A stretch of DNA of 64,000 bases from Lama guanicoe (Eukaryota): assembly GCA_013239625.1 (NCBI GenBank), contig MU054001.1, positions 7,696,746 through 7,760,745 of the forward strand. Reading direction: 5' to 3'. The position numbers and the translations under genes are program-made. Within the stretch, counting starts at the first letter, position 1; each line of letters begins with the position of its first letter. The notes under the pieces were generated by a model that was not told where the DNA came from, did not search any database, and saw only the letters and a program-made list of their open reading frames with translations. Below are positions 11,601 to 20,882 of this stretch, in pieces.

Positions 11601-11916
11601 CCTTCTGCTATCTTCACCGGGAGCAACGGTGTGTTCCAAGATCTGCACTCAGTTAGGATTTTCTCTTGTCCGAGGCGCTGTATATGTTTCTGGATTCCTA
11701 GGTGGGCCTCTCGAGACATGGGATATTGCTTCTGTCTGACAGGGCCGACTCCAGGTTTGAGGTCAATCACCAGTGATGCCTGATCATGTGCCAAGCCTGG
11801 TGGTCCATTTTTAGCCCAGACTAATGGAATCTCTTCCAGGAGTTTGCAAGGATTTTCCTGGAGTTCTCTGCACTCATACAGATGCCACTCTTCTTTTCGG
11901 GGAACTAAGATGGCGA
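8653..11916 (-). pseudogene. pol: pol (PR C-terminal remnant, RT, RNase H, integrase), multiple stops and frameshifts
   Basis: LDLKDAFF; YVDD at 11242-11253; RNase H FIDGSS and YTDSKYAF; integrase SDNGPAF and PQSSGKVERMN; GPY motif. Frame reads through a premature TGA at 8776 to a TGA at 8653-8655. Confidence 0.95.
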
Positions 11917-12613
11917 CAATTGAGAAGGTCTGTGGTGCTAAAAGGTTGGTAGTAGAGTACGGGGTGCCCAAGCTGAACAGTCCCATCTTCCCCAACTTGT
12001 TGTGGCCCCTGTGTCTCCCGCAGTGGCATTTGGAGTGCCGGTGGTGCAGGCTTCCCGGCTTGTGCTGAGCGGACTCTCCTTCCTACCGGCTCAGGCTGGG
12101 GGCTGGGCTCTGCCTCTGGGTCCTCAGGTTGGGGAGGTGGTGACACAGAGGGTGGTGGTGTCTCCAATGGGACTGGAGGTGTCTGTGACTTGAGGGAACG
12201 TGGAGGGGGCAGGCACATCTCGTCTTCTGCATCTCCCTGGAAAATAGGCTTTTTTCTGTCTGTCTTTTTGGCCTGGACCGGCTGAGCTGCTAATATCTTG
12301 TATTGTCCAGGTCCATTTGAGCAAAACCGAATCCATGGGGGTAGAGTCTGGGCGATATTCAGCCAGGAGTCAATGTAAGGGAATTGACCTGGGTGTCCTT
12401 GGGTTCCAGTGATTATTTGATAGACTGCTCGCACTGTTGCTAGGTCCAGAGTTCCTCCTGAGGGCCACCCAACTCCAAAGGCCGGCCATTTAAGCTCACA
12501 CAAAGTGCGGAGCCTGCCAGGGGTCATTTAAATTTCACAGTCTCCTGAGAACCCCTTTTTGAAATTTTTAATCATGAGTCTAGAGTGGTGAGTTTCGACT
12601 TAGAGCCTCCCAC
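11917..12613 (-). pseudogene. gag: gag (matrix, Pro-rich p12-like region, capsid N-terminus only)
   Basis: GTG-GGSKSK start (ATG lost); KNFKKGFSGD...TPGRLRTLCELKWPAFGVGWP matrix; MPLRET...YYQPFSTTDLLN capsid start, then truncated. Confidence 0.92.
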
Positions 12614-13856
12614 TTTTTATAGATGTTTAAGGGTAACAGATCTGTTGATTTAGATATTTGGGAAGGTAGCCTTTGTATCTTTTTTTTTCTTTACTCCTTA
12701 AAACACCGGAGTTCCCAGAGAGACTGCTTCTTGCTGGGTCTATGAGTTGTCTGAAAGCTAATTTGGTCAGGGACTTTGGTTTCCAGTCACAGCAGTTGTC
12801 TCTGGATCTCAAAGCCTCAAGCAGTTCCAGGGACTTTCTTCATTAAATCATCTCTATATCCTGAAGGGGCGTGGGACTGATGGCAGATGGTAAAATAAAT
12901 GGACAAGGAAAGGGACCTCTGAGGCCAGGTGAGCCTGGGCCTGAAGGAATTTGTCTTCTAAACTTGAGTCCTGGGGTTCTGAGGGTAGGCAAAAGGGGCT
13001 CTACTTGGGTCAGTTCAGTAGGGGAACACTAAGTCTCGGGTGTTCTGTGACAGAATCAGGTAGGAGAATTTGTCAAAAAATAGCATCCTAGCCTCCAAGG
13101 GCAAAGGGGCATTGACTCATTAGCTGTCTATGTCCTTTTCCCTCCCAGTGTAGCCTCCCTGTGCCGATGTCGCAGACAAGGGAGGTTTTTCGTTGCGTCC
13201 GCCTGGCCGCTTCCCTCGCGGGGACGAAGGTGCCTCTTAGCTTTGGTGGGTCAGTATAAGCCACTGACTCCGATCTGGACCCTGAGGGACTGATACCGCT
13301 CTGAGACGTATGAGGTCACCACGGAACCGCAGGTTAGGACTCACACGAATTCCGTAGCAGAATGCCATGGAGCCACAAACTTGAGCCTGATCGCATGCTT
13401 CACATGCCACTCATTCACTCACACACACAAACACACACACACAGAGGTTAACAACAGTCCTCCCACCAATACAAATATTCTGTTTCCTGTAGGAGGGGAA
13501 CAGCCTCCTCTACTGTCCACTGGGACAGGGCCTGATTCCTGACCTGATTTCCCCATCTGAAATACCATCAGACGGAGAGCCTGTAGGAGGGGATCATCCT
13601 CGGCTTCTGTCCAATGTGACAGGACCTGATTCCTTCCGGGGGATCCTACCTTGCCCGGACGGCCACCTGGTGAGTCTGTCCGTCCCTCCACGGAGTCTGG
13701 CTCTGGTTGTAGCCCAGCCACCCGGGGGACCGATTTGCCGTCACGAAAGAGAACCCGGAATACCGTCGGGCGGCGCCACCTCGTTCGCTGCAGGATTCCT
13801 GTACCCCAGTAGCCCGGAGCCACCAGTCCAGAGGCTCAAGGGGCCCACGTGGTTGT

Positions 13857-13874
13857 ATCTCTCTGGGGCCTCCA
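13857..13874 (-). other. Primer binding site, tRNA-Thr type
   Basis: TGGAGGCCCCAGAGAGAT, 4 nt from the 5' LTR; 17/18 match to the recalled tRNA-Thr(TGT) complement TGGAGGCCCCAGCGAGAT. Confidence 0.8.
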
Positions 13875-13878
13875 GAAA

Positions 13879-14288
13879 TGTTAGGGAAACAACAGGCCAG
13901 CCAAGAAAAAAGCACCACTCAGAGGGTTGGAGTACTCAGAAGTATTACGCCGGCGGGCTCAGAGGGGCTTCTGCTCCGAAGCTCTGAGCACTTAGAAGAC
14001 ATGCACATGAGGTTTTATAGGGTTAATTACAAGTATGGGAGTATTAGCCAATAAGGCTCAAACAGCAAAAAGCAAGGAATCAGTACACTGGAGCTTATCA
14101 ATTTGTAATAGATCACGTTACTGACAATTGTTGAGCTTGGATTTACGAGTTAGCTTGTTAGCCCAGTAAACTGACACTAAACTTCAGATTGATGAGTTAG
14201 CACAGCAGAAGTTAGATCAGTAAACCGACACTTACCACACTTAGATTTGTGACTTAGCTTGTTAGCCCAGCTGGGCCTTTCCTTCACA
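13879..14288 (-). repeat. Proviral 5' LTR
   Basis: TG...CA termini, adjacent PBS, direct repeat of 6538-6947. Confidence 0.95.
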
Positions 14289-14929
14289 TGAGGACAAACC
14301 TCCCACACCCAGGGAACTACTGTGAGCCCTTGATGGTTCCACTAGGGTGAGGTGTGGTTTCCCCAGGAGGGATGGGGACTATGCACCAACACTCAGGCAG
14401 TCTGCAGTTTCTGGGGCTCTGATCTTGTACCACCCTGCTCCCCGACACCCCAGCAATTGGGACAGTGGAGCTAAGGCAGAGATCATGCCTGCCTGTTTCC
14501 CATCGTGTAAAAGGGGAATATGTACTCTTCCCAAGGTAGTTCTGAGAGACAATGCCTGCGGGTACTTGGTTCCCAGAGCAACAGAAAACCCAGCTCCGCT
14601 TGGGGGCAACTGGTGTGATACAAGTAGGGGTTCTGCAGAAGCATTGGAAGGAGGGCTGGACCAGTGAAGTAAAACTTGAGCTGCGGGCCTTGAAGGGTTG
14701 GAGAAGGGTACAGAGGCAGGACTGCTGCCTCCTTCGGGGTGCCACCAGAGGTAAAAATTTTTCTCTCCATCTCTGCTACTCCCCTCCCCTCTCCAGATCC
14801 CTCCCTTCTCTCTGCTCACCCTGTCCATCTGTCTCCCTCCACTTTACCCCTCCTCCCCTCCTCCTTCCATCTTCTCAGTCCCTAGCTTTCACACCTTCTC
14901 TCACAGAACCAAGAGAGGATCGCTGACCA

Positions 14930-15600
14930 TCCTGCGCATGGGCAGTCACTGCCAGCTGGACCACGGGTTGGAAGCTCAAACTCCGTGCCAGGGATCAGCA
15001 CCAAAGTCTTCTCAGCTCTGTCGCCCGGTAAGCCTTTGGCTCCTGCCCGGGCCCGGGCCTCTGGCTGTGGAAGTTCAAGGTGGTGGGCTCCCCGGAAAGG
15101 GGTCAGGCAGCTGCGGGAGGGCAGTCCGCGTGTCACAGCCCGCGAGGGCGCAAGTCAGCCTGTGTTAAGCTGAATTGCTCGGGCCAGACCCCTCTGCCAT
15201 CGCCACATGCCCCGGCGCCCCGGCCACAGCAGTCCAGGGCCAGGTGAGCCCCGCCGCCTCTCGCCCCTGTCGGGCTCCCCTCAGTCCTCGGCTGGCGTCC
15301 CCTTCCCCACTCCCATCTGCGAGACCTCTCCTCCCGGGCTTCTTCTCCTTGGTCGCCGGCCCGTCCCCGCCCCAGGGCGGGCTCAGTCCCAGGCTGGCTG
15401 TGTCTGAGGACCCAGACAGGGCGGGCAGCTGGGGCTGGGGCTGGCCTCCAATTGGGGCTGCCGCCCGCATCCCTCACCCCACTTTCCCTGCCCCGCCACC
15501 CCGGGGCTGCCCTGCTATTCCTTTCAGGCTCCCTGAGGACCAGCTCAGCGATGTGGATGCTGCTCCCCTGGCTGATAGCCTCTGGCTGTAACGCCCTGCT
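14930..15600 (+). promoter_or_regulatory. GC/CpG-rich putative promoter and first exon of the TRAPPC9-like unit
   Basis: High CpG density, several GC boxes (CCCGCCC, GGGCGG), donor CAG|GTGAGC at 15243/15244, 4.5 kb upstream of the exon-2 acceptor. Confidence 0.5.
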
Positions 15601-16663
15601 TCTCCTGGTGGAGTCGGGAAAAGGGAGTGTCAGTGCTGAGGGAGCTTCTGTCTCCTCCCTCATTGTTTCTGTCCCTGGTAAGTACCTTGAACACTTTCAG
15701 GTGTTATGATGGCGGTGCTTATTGATGTCACATGTTTTTATTGTGAGACGGATTACAGTGTTGAAAGCAGGGCTTGGTTCAATTAAAAATGAGCTGAAGG
15801 CATGAGGCTATAACATCCTCCTTCTTTCTCTTTCCCAGGGTGAAATCAGTGATGATAGATTTTAAAAAGATAGTTACAGTCCCTAACTAGCCCAGCCCAT
15901 TTAGTGTGTGTTAACAGGAACAGCACCACCAGAGGCTTTGGAGACCCAGGGACATTGCAGTTCTAAGGAGCTCCTGGCACAGTTTGGTTTGTTTTGGTTT
16001 TTGGTTTTTATTAAATTGTGGGGCAGACATGTAGTATAGAGGGAATAATATTTGTCAAGAAATAATTTTTCATATAACAGCTTTTTTGTGATATTTTTCA
16101 CACACCATGCAGTCCATCCATTTAAATGGTACAATTCAGCAGCTTTTAGCATATTCAGTGTTGTGCAACCATTATTATTCCAGAACATATTCATCACTTC
16201 AGAAAGAATAGTGGAAATCAATGACCAATCCACCCCTCCCCAGTGGTGATTCTAAAGAAGTTTCTTGGCTATTCCTGACCATAAATTAACTTGTTACATT
16301 CCATGAAAAATCTAGTAGGAATTCTAATCAGAATTGCAATGAATCTGTCTATCAAAACAGGAAGAATTAATGTTTTTATGGCATAAACTTCTTCCAATGG
16401 ATATATCTGGGACACTATATTTTCAACTGTCCAGAGCCTGGCCCATGGGAAGACCTCACTACTTGTTGGGCTTGTGAATGATGAGATTCTATACATCATT
16501 AGTTGTAAATGTAGCCTTTCACAGAAGAGAAAAGTAACCTCAGTAAAGCCAAGTGACTCTCTGATGGTCAGAAAGAGTGACAGTCAGTGCTGGAGTGATC
16601 CAATGGACTTGGTGCTTGCAACCAGAATTCTCCAGGACCTACAGCTAAGGGGATTAGAGTGTT

Positions 16664-16925
16664 CTTTTTTTTTTTTTCTTAATGGGTTTTCTTTTATTTT
16701 TACTTATTTTTTAAAATTATTTTTATTGAAGAGTAGTCAATTTACAATGTTAGTTTCAGGTGTACAGCAGAGATTCAGTTATAAACATATGCATATATAT
16801 ATACATATGTTTTAGATTGTTTTTAGTACAACTCATTACAAGAAATTAAATACAGTCCCCTGTGCTATATAGTAGGTCCTTGTCATTTATTTTATATTTA
16901 TTAATGTGTATCTGTTAATCTCCCC
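16664..16925 (-). mobile_element. LINE-1 3' end with poly(A) tail
   Basis: Poly(T), then TTTATTGAAG..TAGTCAATTTACAATGTT..CCCTGTGCTATA..GTAGGTCCTTG, typical of a cetartiodactyl L1 3' UTR. Confidence 0.75.
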
Positions 16926-19185
16926 TTTCCTGCCTACTACCCACAGATTGCTTTCTATGCCCATGGCTCCATTTCTAGTAGCACCGTTTTCCCTAGTAAT
17001 ATATGCTCTTTGGCTGCTTTCAGTTTCAGTAATTCCATCTGATCTGTGGGCGCTTTTCTTCTGGTGGCCTTTATGTGGTTTGCCCATGTGGTAATAGAGA
17101 TCTGTATTTGGGAGAACTCCAGGCTTCGTGTATTCCCTGGTACAGAGTGCCCACTGAGTTGATGCTTGAACTGGGAAAAAAGCACAGTAAATGTTGGAAT
17201 TTCCACTATGGTTGAGAATTCCAGGTTTCTATAACCTATTTAGCCCACCTTAATATTGGCTGCACCCATACTGTGTAATTTGGTGGAATTTCATGTTATG
17301 GTGGTGTAGAGACGGGGCCTTGTATGTTTCTTCTCTTTCCTTTTCCTAACACTCATTCTCCTGGGCCTCCCAGATCCTCCCCCAGAAGTGCCCAGGGCTG
17401 GCTTGGTGCTGCACTGAGGCAATATTTTTTAATAAGGCCCTTTCCTCATCTCTTCTGAGCCTCCGTTTCTTTCTCTGCACAATGAGGGCTTAGACTACAT
17501 AGGTGCTTCTCAATTTCTTTTAAAGCCATGTTTCCTTTGAGAAACAGAAAATGCAAGCTCTCCTCTCAGCCCAACCCTTTAGATTTTGATAAGTCCTCCA
17601 AGGAGTGACATTGCTCTTTGTGTAAAATTGATGTGATTGTGATTCCAGGTGGCACAGAAAAGACTCTTCAGAAAGTGTTTGCAGGAAGAGGGCAGGAGAG
17701 GGGCAGCATGTCACACTTCCTAATGTGGGCACTGGATCAGGGGCTTGGGTTTAAATACGGTGTCTGACGTGGCCTCTCTGTAATCTTGTACAATGTAATA
17801 AACTTCTCTACCTCAGTTTCTTGATGTGTCAAGTTGGAGTGATAATATTTCAGGGCTTTTGTGAAACATTATACACATAATCCATTTGTGTCTCGGTAGA
17901 AACTAGACCTGCTAGGGATTCAGGAATTTGTTAAAAAAAAAAAAACCTGTCCATAGCACTCTGTGTGTATTTTGATGTTCCTGGAGGGTGAGGGTTGAGT
18001 ATAAATCCATCATGGGACAGGTGGCCAATAGTTCTCTGTGCCCCAGATTGCACCCTCCTCCCCAGTCCTCTTCCTCTCAGTCCAGGATGAAGTTCCCTAG
18101 TAGATATACCCAGAGGCCTTGTGAAAATGGCTTTTCACTTTATTGCTTCAGCAAGAAGGGCTGCCATCATGATCTCTGTGGTCAGATTTTGGTGACCTGA
18201 AGTCTATGCAATTGGGGGTTTCTATTCAATAAAAAGAAAAAATATTACAAATACAAAATAAGACCTAGGGTGGTGACAGGGCACTTGGAAGTGGGGACCA
18301 TTAGCTTTGTCAGCTTCAGGTGCAGTGGCCTATGGCCACCAGGACCCATCCTCATGCTCTGAAGGTGGAGGAACCAGTGGGTTCAGTGGGAATGTTTGCT
18401 GAGTGTATCTCATGGGCTGGGCATTGTCCTATTTGTACTGTGTGTTCCGTATTTGAGACAGTGAGCTCATGTAACCTCAATAGCCTCTTTAAAAATTACA
18501 CTTTTTATTTTGAGATGTAATGTAGATTTCCATGTAGTCGTAAGTGATAATATGGAGAGGGCCTATGGACACTTTGCCTAGTTTTCCTTAATGATTCCAT
18601 CTTGCAAAGTTGGGGTACAATTAATTACTGACACACTAACAGTTTGAGGTTTATGTTATTGCCCTCATTTCCATTCATGATTAAGCTGGGGCTTAGAGAA
18701 GCACACAGGCCTGCCCAGGTCACCCACATGTTTAGTGCAGAGTCGGGAGGAATGTGGGATTGGTATTCCCAGGCAGTACCATTATGCTGGTCTGTGGCAG
18801 GGAGCAGCATTCAATTTTCTGGTTTATTCATTCATTCAAGAAACATTTATTGAGTAACCTCTGTGGGTCAGATGCTTTCATAAGGTTATCTGATTCTTCA
18901 GCAGTACTGAGAATCAGGTAAAGTTTTCTTTTTTTTAATCTGATTAAATTAGCTTTGAGAAGTTATAACCCCCAACGAAGGAAATATAACTCATAAAGGA
19001 GAGATAGTAAATTTGTACAGTACCCCCATTTTTTGAAGGTGGTACCCTGGGCATTTTACATTTGCAAACTTCCATAATCCAGACATATTCTTGTAAGGCA
19101 AGGATTTTTTTTTTTTAATTTAAGTATAGTCAAGTTTACAATGTTGTGTCAATTGCAAAGTGATTTTCAATTTTGAATAAAACAA

Positions 19186-19313
19186 CATTTTTTGAGAAGG
19201 GCAATTAGGTTTATATATTTGTTTCATTTTTTAAAATGAGGTACTGGTGTTTGAACCCAGGACCTCGTACATGCTAAGCCCGTGCTCTACCAGTGACCTG
19301 TACCTTCCTCCCC
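19186..19313 (-). mobile_element. Camelid-type (vic-1-like) SINE
   Basis: Reverse complement GGGGAGGAAGGTACAGGTCACTGGTAGAGCACGGGCTTAGCATGTACGAGGTCCTGGGTTCAAACACCAGTACCTC with A/B boxes. Confidence 0.85.
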
Positions 19314-19745
19314 AAGGCAAGTTTTCTTATCGCTTATTCTGCAGCTTAGGAGTTCAAATGAATTGGAGTTGAAATCCAGATCTTTTGATCCCACTGTGTT
19401 CCTTTTCTTTATATTCTGCTGAAGGGGTTTGGGGAAAGCAGTTCCTTTGTTCATTTCTTTATTCAGCATTTTTGAGCAGTGACTTTGCATCAGGGCCTGG
19501 CTAGGTGTTTTGAAACAGAAAACAAGAAATGACTCTTCTCTGCAGGGTCAGGAAGCCTAGACCAAAAGCTGGGTAATGTGATCCGAGCTACGGTAGCCAT
19601 GTGAAGACTCTGAGGACAAACTGTACCCCCGGCTTTCCTTGGGCTTCCCTTGTTTTCTGGCTGGTACACACCAGGTCACCGCAACCCAGATGGCCCACAG
19701 CCCACAGCAGAGTATGTACCTCAATCTCCTCTCCCCTCTCGGCAG

Positions 19746-20317
19746 GGCCTGCAACATGAGCATCCCTGACTCTGTGCAGTGTGCTGAGGACCACCAGACT
19801 CTTCCCGTTGTGGTCTAAACCATGAGGATCATCTGAGAGGAGAATTTCTTTTGCATCTATAAGCGAATCTCCTTGGTGAGCCAGATCACCCCGTGCGGCT
19901 CCCAGTGGGCACCCTGTATCCACTACAGGCACCACTATTCACCCGAGAATGGGTGGAGTGACTTCCAGACCCACCGCAAGGTCGTGGGCCTTGTCACCAT
20001 TAGCGACTGCCTCTTGGCCAAGACCTTCCAGAAGCTCCACATGCAGAGGAGCTGTATGGCACCGCGCTTAATGACTCTCAGCTCTTTGTCTTTGTGCTGC
20101 ATGGGGAGGTAGCCGAGCAGCCACGCACCAACGTGTCCTTCGATCTGCGAGGCCTGCAGGGCGGTGGATAAGAGGATCGAGGACTTCACTGAGACATTCT
20201 TCATCTTGCCCAAGTCCAAGTGGCTGGATGGAGCCCCCAAGAAGTCTGGGGACAAGATCCCCTTCCTCTGCATCCCGTTTGAGTGGAGGACTTCATGGGA
20301 CTGGGCACAGACAGCAG
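19746..20317 (+). pseudogene. TRAPPC9: TRAPPC9-like exon 2 (start-codon exon)
   Basis: MSIPDSVQCAEDHQTL...[23 protein letters not shown]...KRIEDF...[17 protein letters not shown] 19756; stops TAA 19816 and TGA 19834; AG acceptor and GTAAGT donor intact. Confidence 0.95.
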
Positions 20318-20589
20318 GTAAGTATACCTGGAGGCCAGTCCACCCTGGCTGTGTGCCGGATTGCTTCCCTAAGTCCAGATAGGGATCAGCAAGGAAGAGG
20401 GCTGTCTTGTAACCAAGGGGGGAGGGAGGTGCAGCCCGCAGGTTTAGAGACATTTCAAAGTGAATCCGCCTTTGTTTCAGAGAGATCCTTTTAGAGTTAG
20501 TGTGGTCACTTACTCCGGCTTTTCAGCCAGGACCATGGTGGGACCCCTGGAGTTGCTATCTAACAGAGTAGCCACATCCACTGATGCTA

Positions 20590-20882
20590 GGAGCGCTGGG
20601 GAGGAGGCTGCTCTGAGCTGAGATGTGCTGTAGGTCAAATGCACATCAGACGCTGAGGCTTGTCTACTAAAAGAATATAAACTATCTTGTTACTTCCTAT
20701 ATTGATTATATGTCAAAATGATAGTATTTTACATACAATAGATTAAGTAAAGTCTGTTCTTCAAATCAGTTTCTAGTATTTGTTTTTTGTTTGTTGGTTT
20801 GTTTCTTTGTTTACCGTTTTAAATTTGGCAACTGGGAAACTTTCTTTACATGGCTCTCATTTCATTTCTGTTGGGCAGCCTG
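20590..20882. mobile_element. MER33-like hAT-Charlie remnant
   Basis: TATATTGATTATATGT.AAAATGATAGTATTTT and the terminal ATTTCTGTTGGGCAGC resemble recalled MER33. Confidence 0.55.

Larger units (their letters stand above)
6538..14288 (-). mobile_element. Class I (gamma-like) endogenous retrovirus provirus, defective
   Basis: Paired 410-bp LTRs, TGAG TSD (6534-6537, 14289-14292), PBS, gag, pol, env and polypurine tract in canonical order on the minus strand. Confidence 0.97.

Noticed and set aside
14317..15709. Many overlapping 100-176 aa ORFs
   Set aside because: Expected in GC-rich, stop-poor sequence; no recognisable domain.
19230..19313. tRNA gene
   Set aside because: The A/B boxes belong to a tRNA-derived SINE with tail; no full cloverleaf.
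19588..20453. Minus-strand ORFs of 115 and 172 aa
   Set aside because: Antisense shadows of the TRAPPC9-like exon.
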